Assembly (NCBI GenBank): GCA_964016885.1
Contig: OZ024746.1
Location: forward strand, 16,058,001 to 16,122,000
Source of the DNA: Eledone cirrhosa
Taxonomy: Eukaryota
Direction of reading: 5' to 3'
Length of the DNA: 64,000 nucleotides
The notes under the pieces are model-generated. The model ran no database searches and was not told the DNA's origin. It saw nothing but the letters and a program-made list of their open reading frames with translations. Both the position numbers and the translations under genes were made by a program. Positions 13,053 through 25,336 of the stretch are shown in pieces (positions within the stretch are counted from its first letter, which is position 1; every line of letters starts with the position of its first letter).

Positions 13053-14948
13053 CTAACAATTTGTGGTCAGTTGTTGACAGGTCAGGTTAACTGACTGACT
13101 GACATGCCTTCTCCTTTTTCTTCTTTTTCTTCTTTTGACTGGCTTAATCATCTCTCCTTGCTGTATGACTTTCTCAACCATCACTCCTGGCTCTCTGACT
13201 TTCTCTTTTAGCTGTCTAACTGGCTCAGTCATTACTCTTCTTCTTCTGGTTGTATCATGTCTAGCTGTATCAATTACTGGTCCTTGTTGTCTGACTGTAT
13301 CAATAATTGGTCCTTGTTGTCTAGCTATATCAATAATTGGTTCTTGTTGTCTGGCTATATCAATTACTGGTCCTTGTTGTCTGGCTATATCAATTACTGG
13401 TCCTTGTTGTCTGGCTATATCAATTACTGGTCCTTGTTGTCTGGCTATATCAATTACTGGTCCTTGTTGTCTGGCTATATCAATAATTGGTCCTTGTTGT
13501 CTGGCTACATCAATTACTGGTCCTTGTTGTCTGGCTATATCAATTACTGGTCCTTGTTGTCTGGCTATATCAATAATTGGTCCTTGTTGTCTGGCTACAT
13601 CAATAATTGGTCCTTGTTGTCTGGCTACATCAATTACTGGTCCTTGTTGTCTGGCTATATCAATTACTGGTCCTTGTTGTCTGGCTATATCAATTACTGG
13701 TCCTTGTTGTCTGGCTATATCAATTACTGGTCCTTGTTGTCTGGCTATATCAATTACTGGTCCTTGTTGTCTGGCTATATCAATTACTGGTCCTTGTTGT
13801 CTAGCTATATCAATTACTGGTCCTTGCTGTCTGGGTATATTTATCATTGGTCCTTGCTGTCTGATTGTATCAATAATTGGTCCCTGTTGTCTGGCTATAT
13901 TTAGCATTGGTCCTTGCTGTCTGGGTATATTTGGCATTGGTCCTTGCTGTCTGGGTATATTTAGCATTGGTCCTTGTTGTCTGGGTATATTTAGCATTGG
14001 TCCTTGCTGTCTGGGTATATTTAGCATTGGTCCTTGCTGTCTGGGTATATTTAGCATTGGTCCTTGCTGTCTGGCTATATCTAGCATTGGTCCTTGCTGT
14101 TTGGCTATATTTAGCATTGGTCCTTGCTGTCTGGCTATATTTAGCATTGGTCCTTGCTGTCTGGGTATATTTGGCATTGGTCCTTGCTGTCTGGGTATAT
14201 TTGGCATTGGTCCTTGCTGTCTGGGTATATTTGGCATTGGTCCTTGCTGTCTGGGTATATTTGGCATTGGTCCTTGCTGTCTGGGTATATTTAGCATTGG
14301 TCCTTGCTGTCTGGGTATACTTAGCATTGGTCCTTGCTGTCTGGCTATATTTAGCGGTGGTCCGTGTCTGGCTATATCAGTCACTGGTTCCTGATGTCTG
14401 ACTGGCCCAGCCATCACTCCTAGATTTGTTAGTGTGACTGGCTCAGTTGTCACAATTCTTCTTCTGATTGGTTCAATCATCATTCCATGTTGTTTGGCTA
14501 TCTCAGCTTGTTGTGTTACTGGCCCAACCATCACTTCTTGCTGTTTGGCTGGCTCAGTTGTCACTCCTCTTCTTCTCATTGGTTCAGTTGTCATCCCTCT
14601 TTTTCTTACTGGCTCAACCATCACTCCTTGATGTCTTGCCCTCTCATTTATTACTTGTTGCTGTTTGACTACCTCAGTCACTGATCCTTGCTGTTTAACT
14701 GGCTCAATCGTCACTCCTTGTTGACCAACTGACTCGTTCATCTTTCCTTTCTGTTTGACTGATTCAATTGTCACTTCTTGCTGTCTAACTGGCTCATTCC
14801 TCACTTTTTGTTGTCTAACTGGCTCATTCCTCACTTTTTGTTGTCTAATTGGCTCAGTCACCACTTCCCTTCTAACTGGCTCAATCATCACTCCATGTTT
14901 TTTAAGTAGTTCAATGACCACTTTTTGTTGTTTGATTGGCTCAATCAT
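13053..14948 (-). CDS. Putative repetitive low-complexity protein (631 aa; 10-aa RQQGP/EPVRQQ repeats; basic C-terminal NLS-like tract)
   Basis: No stop over 631 codons, including ~600 bp of highly diverged repeats whose length changes keep frame. ATG at 14948, candidate splice acceptor tttcttgacAG near 15084, and AATAAA ~40 nt after the stop (~13012-13017). No homology recognised. Confidence 0.55.
   Translation of the reverse strand: MIEPIKQQKVVIELLKKHGVMIEPVRREVVTEPIRQQKVRNEPVRQQKVRNEPVRQQEVTIESVKQKGKMNESVGQQGVTIEPVKQQGSVTEVVKQQQVINERARHQGVMVEPVRKRGMTTEPMRRRGVTTEPAKQQEVMVGPVTQQAEIAKQHGMMIEPIRRRIVTTEPVTLTNLGVMAGPVRHQEPVTDIARHGPPLNIARQQGPMLSIPRQQGPMLNIPRQQGPMPNIPRQQGPMPNIPRQQGPMPNIPRQQGPMPNIPRQQGPMLNIARQQGPMLNIAKQQGPMLDIARQQGPMLNIPRQQGPMLNIPRQQGPMLNIPRQQGPMLNIPRQQGPMPNIPRQQGPMLNIARQQGPIIDTIRQQGPMINIPRQQGPVIDIARQQGPVIDIARQQGPVIDIARQQGPVIDIARQQGPVIDIARQQGPVIDIARQQGPVIDVARQQGPIIDVARQQGPIIDIARQQGPVIDIARQQGPVIDVARQQGPIIDIARQQGPVIDIARQQGPVIDIARQQGPVIDIARQQGPVIDIARQQEPIIDIARQQGPIIDTVRQQGPVIDTARHDTTRRRRVMTEPVRQLKEKVREPGVMVEKVIQQGEMIKPVKRRKRRKRRRHVSQSVNLTCQQLTTNC
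13260..14350. repeat. Homogeneous 30-bp tandem array (~36 copies) in two sub-blocks
   Basis: ctggctatatcaattactggtccttgttgt (13260-13830), then ctgggtatatttagcattggtccttgctgt (13890-14350). Confidence 0.95.
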
Positions 14949-15214
14949 CACTCCTTGCTGTCTGACTGGCTATCTGTTTTCGTTCCCTCTTCTATTTTCT
15001 CTTAATCCTTCTATTGTGCTGATGAAATATCTGTTGTTGTCTTGTGGAGTATTCTTGTCATAGGGGTAGACTTATGTATACCACTGTCAAGAAACATTTT
15101 ATTAAAGTGAAAAAGTGAAAGGAAACATTTAGAACAATTAAAACAAGAAATAAGTGTTGTTGTTGTTAACCCATGTAGGTTTAGCTGGCCTCCTATAACA
15201 TCTCTGTATGTCTT

Positions 15215-15468
15215 TTAACTCTTGTTTCCACATTTCTAAAGAAATAGACTGCATATGTGTTTCAATAATTAAAAAATATATATAGCAGAAAAAACAGATT
15301 TAGAAATATGAGTGATAATTTCAGTATTATGTTGGTGTTTGGAACAACTTAATAAAGGTTTCTTACATAAAATAATATGTTTGAATTTAAATATGAATGT
15401 TTTAAATCTAGAGGGTTGGTATTAAAACACTGGAGCTGTTTCAGGTAAGGTGGTGTTAAAAGGTTAAC
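15215..15468. mobile_element. Degenerate piggyBac-like MITE
   Basis: ttaaCTCTTG...AAAAGGttaa ends; internal similarity to copies at 50505-50767 and 58682-58910. Confidence 0.5.
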
Positions 15469-15809
15469 GGTAGGGGCTCCAGTCCTATTATGATAAGAGC
15501 CTTCAGTCCTATTCTATGATAGAGGCTCCAATTCTATTTTATAATAAGAAAGAAAGCAACCACACACAGGGTCGTTTTTAAGGCTATTTCCCTGCTAAAA
15601 CAGGGTTTAGCCATGGCAACCTCTTGACAGTCAACTGTCAAGAGATCACCATGGCTGCAGTATTCCTACTGACCATGGTGACTTTTTGAGGCAATGTTTT
15701 AAGGCTGGATGTCCTTCCTGGAACCAACCCCTTTAGTCACAATTTAGCACACACAGGGACATGCTGTACCTATTCTAAATCATATATATACAATGTATGA
15801 TATTTTATA

Positions 15810-15980
15810 TCTGTTTTACCCTGCTTGCATGGGTTTGATAGATCATTTCCAGCACAGCACCCCTCAATTTATTGTGTCTCTTCATCATTTCTTCTGTGAG
15901 GTTTAGCAATTTAAGATCTGCTTTCACCACCTCTGCCCAGGTCTTCTTTGGTTTTCCTCTCCTGCAGTTTCCTTCCATTG
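15810..15980 (-). mobile_element. 5'-truncated RTE LINE 3' end
   Basis: EGNCRRGKPKKTWAEVVKADLKLLNLTEEM, followed by an aaacccatgcaagcaggg tail. Confidence 0.85.
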
Positions 15981-16274
15981 AGATAATGAAAGGAAACAAG
16001 AAGTAGAGAGGGAAGTTGGCCAAATTGTGGCTACAGTTTGTTAGAAAAGACCAAAAGATAAAGATATATATATATATATTTTGAACAGTTCTTTGATTCT
16101 TATATTTCATATAACTGCTCTGTAAATCATCTGATGTTTTTACATTGAGCTACTTAACTTACTGGTAATAAGGTAGTAATACATTACTGCCTACCACTAT
16201 TTAGGGTGTGTGTAAAATACTTACAACTGCTTAAGGTTTTGTGTTTACATAACCATAAATAGTATAACTAATAC

Positions 16275-16306
<32 letters not shown>

Positions 16307-16327
16307 TGATTTTTTTTTCTTTCCACA

Positions 16328-16373
<46 letters not shown>

Positions 16374-17018
16374 TTTGTGGAAAGAAAAAAAAAATCATGA
16401 AATATTAGAGACATTTGAATGTTTCATTGAAGTCTGGTGGAATAACAAGAATATTATTCTCTCATTCTTTGATTAAAGACGACCTTCACTGAATCATTAG
16501 GTATATCTTCTCATCGAACAACTCAGATTTTTATTTTGAATCTCTAGTAACCCTTGCCTAACCAGACCACCACCTACTTTTTTGATCAAGTCAGCTATAT
16601 TTTCTTATTAGATATTTCTGTTTGTGTCAATGACAATAACTTGTGTCAGAGAATTAGACAATATAATGTGTTGCTGGAACTTGGGAATTCAAATAACTTT
16701 AGTGAAATATCTTTAGTTGCTAACATTTAATCTCTTTTAATCTTCATTATAATTTCCAACTTGATTCAATATCACACCAATGTCTTACAGTATGTGATGC
16801 AGGAAATTATTAAAGATGTAAGAAAAGAAAATATTTTTAATATTTATCATTTTGAAAGCCATGAAACAAGCTAGAGGAATTGGTAAAGTCTATTAGACAG
16901 ATAGGTTTCTATCTTTGTAGGTGTGTTATTGATTCCAAAACAAAATAATTTGGCTTATAAGTTTTTCAAAAGAGAGGCTAGTTACTCTAAGATTTTGCTG
17001 ATGCCATTGTAATATTAA

Positions 17019-17492
17019 CCCTTTCGGTACTTACTCCACTCCAAACTGCCTCTGCTTCTGTGAAACTAAACCACCCTTTTTTAATCTTAATGCTCTGACC
17101 CACATGAAACTACATCAGCAAGACCTTCTTCAAGGACATTCTTTAAAAAGTATAAAACAAAATTATCACTGCATCATCTGAAAACTTCAGTCTTTACTTT
17201 AGTTTACAGCAAATTTTCACCAGAATATGTTCACTAGCAAAGATACTATATACATTTGAAAAGATATGTAAACATTGGATTAACAAAACTGTTTTTAGAT
17301 ATTTTCAGCTAAGTTATTACAGGATGTTATGGTTCCTACTTAAATTAAAACTTTCCAGCGTAATTTTATATAAGAATATTTTGTTATGTTACAAACACTA
17401 TCTTACTGAAATTATAATTTAAATGAATTCTTCTGAAATTCTTCATTATTTAAAATACAAAATATTTCTTTAGAAATATGGTAAAGAAAGGG
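17019..17492. mobile_element. piggyBac-like non-autonomous element
   Basis: TTAA at 17015-17018 and 17493-17496; ends CCCTTTC...GAAAGGG. Confidence 0.7.
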
Positions 17493-17563
17493 TTAACTGT
17501 GCTGTGTTTATACAACTCTGGTATATGAAGAGAAATTCAACTCCACCATATTCTAGTGTTTAA

Positions 17564-17757
17564 CTCTTTAGCATTTATATTACTCTATATATACTATTGT
17601 ATTTTCACAGTAAAGGCTTTATCTCACATAATATCGAATCTACGAGATTTTGATATTATTTATTTTGAGAACAATACCTTAACATCAGTATAGCTGATTT
17701 GAACAGAAAGAGGTGAGAGAATTCTGGCCGGATATAGCTGGTTTAAATGCTAAAGGG
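17564..17757. mobile_element. piggyBac-like MITE (~194 bp)
   Basis: TTAA on both sides; 14-bp terminal inverted repeats CTCTTTAGCATTTA / TAAATGCTAAAGGG (1 mismatch). Confidence 0.8.
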
Positions 17758-17960
17758 TTAATTAGAACAGTAAAGTTATAGTTTTGATTCATTTAAAATT
17801 ATGTTGATAGTGTCTTTATGAAAGACATGAATGTTACACAATACCACAGCTGGTAGCGAAATGGGATGCTATGTAGGATCTATAAAAAAAAGGGGAGTTT
17901 AAAGTCCATTTTCTAGTTATACTTTCATGCATCAGTTTGTCGTAACCTATTTTAGAGCTT

Positions 17961-18245
17961 TATATCAACAATCAGATATAGGTAGAATTAGTAATGTTAT
18001 ATCAACAATCAGATATAGGTAGAATTAGTAATGTTATATCAACAATCAGATATAGGTAGAATTAGTAATGTCATAACAGATTTAGATAAAAAGTTAGTAA
18101 GGTTGGTATAATAGATATTGGTAGAATTAGTAAGGCTATAGTAGATATAGGTAGGATTAGTAAGGTTATAGTAGATATAGGTAGGATTAGTAAGGCTATA
18201 GTAGATATAAGTAGAATTAGTTAGGATTTAGAAGATATTGGTAAA
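17961..18245. repeat. 36-bp repeat grading into a ~29-bp minisatellite
   Basis: tatatcaacaatcagatataggtagaattagtaatgt x3, then gtagatataggtaggattagtaagg(c/t)tata units. Confidence 0.8.
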
Positions 18246-18359
18246 GGAGGAGTAGAAATGGCTGCTGCATGTTACATATGGGGGTGGTTTTTTTTTTTTT
18301 TGCTGAAGCCATTGTATATATATATATCAATTATCCTCTGCACTCATCACAGCCTCTCT

Positions 18360-18625
18360 AGCTGGGTCAAGGACAGAATAAAAAAGCACCCAGTGCACTT
18401 TGTAAAGTGGTAGTGTTGGTGCCATGGCAAAAAGCACCCCAGTACATGCTGTAAAGTGGTTGGTGTTAAGAAGGAAACTAAACATCCAACCGTGGAAACC
18501 AAACCAAAAACAAAGTGTATGAGGAAAACATGAAACCTGACCAAAACAGCCTCAGGGTGTGACAACCCATATAACCCATGCAGGCATTGAAAATAGACAT
18601 TAAATGAGGATGATAATGATGATGT
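18360..18625 (+). mobile_element. Degenerate SINE body and tail related to family A
   Basis: aaaaagcacccag...gtaaagtggttggtgttaagaagg, then an aacccatgc...aaatgaggatgataatgatgatg tail. Confidence 0.6.
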
Positions 18626-20575
18626 GTGTGTGTGTATAGATATGCCAGTGGCTGTATTTATGTCCCTGTAATCTAGTAATTTGATAAAAAGAGATTGAAA
18701 AAATAAGTACTGAGGTTAATATGATTGACTAAATCCTCATGACCACCTTGGGTTAAATAGTCTCACCTATCCACAATTGGCCAAGCGTTTTGTGTAAGGC
18801 TACACCCCTGACAAGACCAAAACCAAACAGAAAGTGGTGAAGGTCAACCAGAGAGGGGTTCCTCCAACAGGAGTGAGACGGCATTGGATTGGATATCCAC
18901 CCATCTATCACTATTGCCACTGTTAATGTTGGTATTGGAATATGAAATGGTTATGTTGGTGGTGAGTCATTTCTTGCCTGTTTCACTTCTGTATGTTTAA
19001 CATTCACCCTTTTGCTACCTACCTAGCCAAAACCACATCTGCTTCTATGAAATAAAACCTATTTTAAAGAGTTTCTTTTTAAATCAAAATAATTTTATGA
19101 GAAATTTATCTTAGTATGAAATAATCAATGATTTTAGTGAATCCCTCAAAATCATTTACTAATTAATTGAAATAGAGTGTATTTCATTAGAAGTACTGTT
19201 ACAAAAGGGTCACATCTTTCATCACTCGGGCTGTTTGATAGATCATTATCAGTGACATAATGAGGTCCATTTAGAAGGAGAAACCTCTTTTGTTAAAAAG
19301 ATGTATATGGCACAGAGATAAACTGCCAAACTGTGTTTCTGACCCAGTTTTCTTTCTTTTCATCTCGCTTTTCTTTATTGTCTAGTCACCCACCACCCCT
19401 ATCTCCTCCTCCTATTTCACAATCTCTACCTCATTCACACTTGCTTCTCTCTTTTGTATAGTATACTTTTCTCTTTTCTACAATATATATATATATATGT
19501 CTGTCCACCACCCCCAATCCTGCTCTCTCTCCAGCCCACATCCCCTTACAACACTGTCACATTACAAACCCTTGGTGCCTGATGATAGATTTGGGTGGGA
19601 GGGTCATGGTTACTACAACAACTGCTACTACTATTACTACCACCACTACTACAGCTAGTCACAGAATTATGAAAGAAATAACCGAATTGACCACCATTGA
19701 TAATAGCGGTTTTCTATTAATATCAGTGGCTGTAGACACACAGACACAGCTACATAGGCACACTTTGCAGGCATGTCTGGTTGTCTGCTGTGTTGTTTGT
19801 TTTTTCCTCGAGTTGGGTCAGTGCGGAATGGCAGATAAGGTAGACTGGCATTTAGGTAAGTAGGTAGACAGACATATTGGGAGGTAAATAGTAGGTAGAC
19901 AGACATATTGGGAGGTAAATAGTAGGTAGACAGACAGGCATAGGGGGAGATAAGATAGATAATGCGTAGAAAGACAGATTGATAGATAGATAATATTACG
20001 TAGACAAACAGACATACCGGGAGATAAATACTACGTAGACAGATAGACATATTGACAGATAGATAATACGTAGACAGGCAGATATAAATTATGAGATAGA
20101 TGGATTGGTGGATGAATAAATATATATTTAGATAGATAGATAAAGAGACAGGTATTGAAATAAATAGGTAGACAGACAAATAGAAGACACATTGAGACGT
20201 AGACGGGTGTGTGTAGCTATGTAAACAGGCGTATATGAGTGAGGAAAGAATTACAGGTTTGTAGAGAGTTGGGATGAAAATAGTGGAGGTGTATTGGAGA
20301 TATGTGAAAAAATTGATATACCATGCGAAGCGAAAGAAAATGGAGTAGTATTACAAGCTTTCAATGCCAAGGGAAGCAACTCGTACTACTTGGTAAAGAA
20401 ATAAAGTTATTACTTCCCCATGTTTCCATAAACCTCTACCATCGTCTGTGTAACCATATATACTTCTCAACGAAATAACTTCATTTCTCTTATTTTTCCA
20501 CGTTATTACATTGTAATTATTTTTTTTATTTCAATAGAATTGAAACGAATATATATATATATATATATATATATA

Positions 20576-20716
20576 ACGATATATTAAAAAATGGAAACTA
20601 TATTTATAAAACCATATTTGTTAATATATAGTATTTTTACTCAAATAATTTGTTGAGTGCTTTATATCAGTTATAAAAATATTTGCTTGTTGTATCCCAA
20701 CAATTTAAATAGAACT

Positions 20717-20720
<4 letters not shown>
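20576..20720. mobile_element. Collapsed copy of palindromic PLE-like element family P2 (hammerhead deleted)
   Basis: Shares aaatggaaactatatttataaaaccatattt and gttgagtgctttatatcagttataaaa...cccaacaat with 25120-25322 and 38748-38992; flanked by (TA)n/(CA)n. Confidence 0.75.
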
Positions 20721-20765
<45 letters not shown>

Positions 20766-21195
20766 GATACTGCACCGATTGTGTTATTTCTGTTTACCTT
20801 TTACACACACACACGACCGAGGTTACATACACATATATGACATATATATATATACACATATATATATATGACTGAGGTTACTATACACACACACATCATA
20901 AAACACGGGACAAATACGGTTAAGAGAAAACTCGGTAGAGACAAACACATGGACTAAGGCAAGGTGCCAACAATGGCAAGAACCTTGTTGTCAGCGACTT
21001 CCACAAACGTCACAAAAACCACCAACTGACAAAATAGTTCTCCAATAATTCTTGGTAGTTTAGAATGTTATTGTTCGGTTATCGATGCAGTGACCTTCAC
21101 GTTTGCCACAGTATCCAGAACGTGGGAAGGAGCAAAACAGTCACTAATTGATTTTGTTGATATTGTTGTTGTTGCTGTCATCGGTTTATATTAAG

Positions 21196-21425
21196 GGCAG
21201 TGGATTGGCAGTAATCGGTAGTGCATTGGACACCATCCTTTACGATATAGAGTTACGGCCCTTTACATTATGAGTTCAAAACGTGCTGAGGTTAGCTTTG
21301 CTTTTCATCCTTAGAGGGTTGATAAAATAAAACACCAGTAATGCACTGGGCTAGATTTAATTGACTTCTCCTCCCCCATATTGCTGGCCTTGTGCCTACA
21401 TAAGAAACCATTATTATTATTATTA
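21196..21425 (+). mobile_element. tRNA-derived SINE, family B
   Basis: TGGCAGTAATCGGTAG A box, GAGTTCAAA B box, central GCTTTTCATCC..GGGTTGATAAAATAA..ACCAG block, and a GCTGGCCTTGTGCC...(ATT)n tail. Confidence 0.75.
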
Positions 21426-21695
21426 TGCAAGTGTCCAACGTGAATGGTTAAACTATATTAAGTATTTTGTCAGCTTTATTTTCATAGCTCTATAATAAAA
21501 TAAGTACCAGCAATATAATGAGAGAGTGGGGAGGCAATTGTAATTGACTTATTATAACCATATATAGTCAGATAGTAATAATGTGTATTTTCTATTTAAT
21601 TATATCAGTTTGTAGGTAATGTTAAAACATTTAGTAAGATATTCAAGTAACATCATCATCATCACTTTATATCTGTTATACCATACTGGCATCGT

Positions 21696-22566
21696 GTTGA
21701 CCAGGTCTGTTCCACCACCTCACCAACTGTTGACCAGGTCTGTTCCACCACCTCACCACCTGTTGACCAGGTCTGTTCCACCACCTCACCAACTGTTGAC
21801 CAGGTCTGTTCCACCACCTCACCAACTGTTGACCAGGTCTGTTCCACCACACCACACCACCACCTCACCAACTGTTGACCAGGTCTGTTCCACCACACCA
21901 CCACCTCACCACCTGTTGACCAGGTCTGTTCCACCACACCACCATCTCACCAACTGTTGACCAGGTCTGTTCCACCACACCACCACCTCACCAACTGTTG
22001 ACCAGGTCTGTTCCACCACACCACCATCTCACCAACTGTTGACCAGGTCTGTTCCACCACACCACCACCTCACCAACTGTTGACCAGGTCTGTTCCACCA
22101 CACCACCACCTCACCAACTGTTGACCAGGTCTGTTCCACCACACCACCACCTCACCAACTGTTGACCAGGTCTGTTCCACCACACCACCACCTCACCAAC
22201 TGTTGACCAGGTCTGTTCCACCACACCACCACCTCACCAACTGTTGACCAGGTCTGTTCCACCACACCACCATCTCACCAACTGTTGACCAGGTCTGTTC
22301 CACCACACCACCACCTCACCAACTGTTGACCAGGTCTGTTCCACCACACCACCACCTCACCAACTGTTGACCAGGTCTGTTCCACCACACCACCACCTCA
22401 CCAACTGTTGACCAGGTCTGTTCCACCACACCACCATCTCACCAACTGTTGACCAGGTCTGTTCCACCACACCACCACCTCACCAACTGTTGACCAGGTC
22501 TGTTCCACCACACCACCACCTCACCAACTGTTGACCAGGTCTGTTCAACCACACCACCACCTCCCC
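21696..22566. repeat. 33-bp then 41-bp minisatellite (~22 copies)
   Basis: tgttgaccaggtctgttccaccac(accaccac)ctcaccaac; an 8-bp insertion converts the 33-bp unit into the 41-bp unit. Confidence 0.95.
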
Positions 22567-22606
22567 AAGTGTACATTAATTTAACAAACAAATCCGTGAA
22601 GACCAA

Positions 22607-24808
22607 TCCACCAACACAGTGTCACACTAATATAGACCCATCCACCAACACAGTGTCACACTAATATAGACCCATCCACCAACACAGTGTCACACTAATA
22701 TAGACCCATCCACCAACACTGTGTCACACTAATATAGACCCATCCACCAACACAGTGTCACACTAATATAGACCCATCCACCAACACAGTGTCACACTAA
22801 TATAGACCCATCCACCAACACAGTGTCACACTAATATAGACCCATCCACCAACACAGTGTCACACTAATATAGACCCATCCACCAACACTGTGTCACACT
22901 AATATAGACCCATCCACCAACACAGTGTCACACTAATATAGACCCATCCACCAACACAGTGTCACACTAATATAGACCCATCCACCAACACAGTGTCACA
23001 CTAATATAGACCCATCCACCAACACAGTGTCACACTAATATAGACCCATCCACCAACACAGTGTCACACTAATATAGACCCATCCACCAACACAGTGTCA
23101 CACTAATATAGACCCATCCACCAACACAGTGTCACACTAATATAGACCCATCCACCAACACAGTGTCACACTAATATAGACCCATCCACCAACACAGTGT
23201 CACACTAATATAGACCCATCCACCAACAGTGTCACACTAATATAGACCCATCCACCAACACAGTGTCACACTAATATAGACCCATCCACCAACACAGTGT
23301 CACACTAATATAGACCCATCCACCAACACAGTGTCACACTAATATAGACCCATCCACCAACACAGTGTCACACTAATATAGACCCATCCACCAACACAGT
23401 GTCACACTAATATAGACCCAACCACCAACACAGTGTCACACTAATATAGACCCATCCACCAACACAGTGTCACACTAATATAGACCCATCCACCAACACA
23501 GTGTCACACTAATATAGACCCATCCACCAACACAGTGTCACACTAATATAGACCCATCCACCAACACAGTGTCACACTAATATAGACCCATCCACCAACA
23601 CAGTGTCACACTAATATAGACCCATCCACCAACACAGTGTCACACTAATATAGACCCATCCACCAACACAGTGTCACACTAATATAGACCCATCCACCAA
23701 CACAGTGTCACACTAATATAGACCCATCCACCAACACAGTGTCACACTAATATAGACCCATCCACCAACACAGTGTCACACTAATATAGACCCATCCACC
23801 AACACAGTGTCACACTAATATAGACCCATCCACCAACACAGTGTCACACTAATATAGACCCATCCACCAACACAGTGTCACACTAATATAGACCCATCCA
23901 CCAACACAGTGTCACACTAATATAGACCCATCCACCAACACAGTGTCACACTAATATAGACCCATCCACCAACACTGTGTCACACTAATATAGACCCATC
24001 CACCAACACTGTGTCACACTAATATAGACCCATCCACCAACACAGTGTCACACTAATATAGACCCATCCACCAACACTGTGTCACACTAATATAGACCCA
24101 TCCACCAACACAGTGTCACACTAATATAGACCCATCCACCAACACTGTGTCACACTAATATAGACCCATCCACCAACACAGTGTCACACTAATATAGACC
24201 CATCCACCAACACTGTGTCACACTAATATAGACCCATCCACCAACACAGTGTCACACTAATATAGACCCATCCACCAACACTGTGTCACACTAATATAGA
24301 CCCATCCACCAACACAGTGTCACACTAATATAGACCCATCCACCAACACTGTGTCACACTAATATAGACCCATCCACCAACACAGTGTCACACTAATATA
24401 GACCCATCCACCAACACTGTGTCACACTAATATAGACCCATCCACCAACACAGTGTCACACGAATATAGACCCATCCACCAACACAGTGTCACACTATTA
24501 TAGACCCATCCACCAACACAGTGTCACACTAATATAGACCCATCCACCAACACTGTGTCACACTAATATAGACCCATCCACCAACACAGTGTCACACTAA
24601 TATAGACCCATCCACCAACACTGTGTCACACTAATATAGACCCATCCACCAACACTGTCACACTAATATAGACCCATCCACCAACACTGTGTCACACTAA
24701 TATAGACCCATCCACCAACACAGTGTCACACTAATATAGACCCATCCACCAACACAGTGTCACACTAATATAGACCCATCCACCAACACAGTGTCACACT
24801 AATATAGA
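22607..24808. repeat. 34-bp satellite, ~65 copies
   Basis: Unit cccatccaccaacac(a/t)gtgtcacactaatataga, nearly invariant. Confidence 0.97.
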
Positions 24809-25119
24809 CAAGCTCTAGACTGGGACTATAGGGTATAGCTTCACCTACTCTGTATTTCATCATGCTTCAAGTACTACCCAGATTTGTGGGTTTTTGTTCC
24901 TCGCACTAAGAACATATAAAAGGTAGAGAGGACCCTCTAGTTGTGCTAAAGACATGACAATCTCCCTAATACTGGTGAATGATCAGTGGCTCCGATTGTT
25001 TATTGACTTGGTCTGTGATGACCCCCAATAGGGAAAACAGATGTTGAATGATGATGAGGATGTTGATGAAATAAAGTGGATGCAAAAATGATGATATATA
25101 TATATATACACACACACAC

Positions 25120-25322
25120 ACAATGATATTAAATAAATGGAAACTATATTTATAAAACCATATTTATTCTATTATATATATTTCAAGGGTACCAAAACTT
25201 TGGTACGCTCTCATCAGATAAAATACAATGAGAGCGTACCAAAGTTTTGGTACCCTTGAAATATATATAATAGAATAAATATGGTTTTATAAATATAGTT
25301 TCCATTTATTTAATATCATTGT
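25120..25322. mobile_element. Fold-back PLE-like non-autonomous element (family P2), 95-bp perfect arms with 13-nt spacer
   Basis: 25120-25214 is the exact reverse complement of 25228-25322; it sits between (TA)n/(CA)n tracts and carries a hammerhead motif. Confidence 0.8.
25165..25225 (-). ncRNA. Type-I minimal hammerhead ribozyme motif
   Basis: UAUUUUAU-CUGAUGA-GAGCGUACCAAAGUUUUGGUACCCUU-GAAA-UAUAUA-UA-AUAGAAUA. Stem I is 8 bp (one G-U), the core is complete, stem II has one mismatch, stem III is palindromic, and the cleavage triplet is AUA. Confidence 0.85.
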
Positions 25323-25336
25323 ATATATATATATAA

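Noticed and set aside
13135-15063. Plus-strand Cys-rich ORFs (GPCCLAISIT)n and the other frames over the 30-bp repeat
   Set aside because: These are antisense or alternate-frame shadows; they acquire stops where the repeat diverges, unlike the minus-strand frame.
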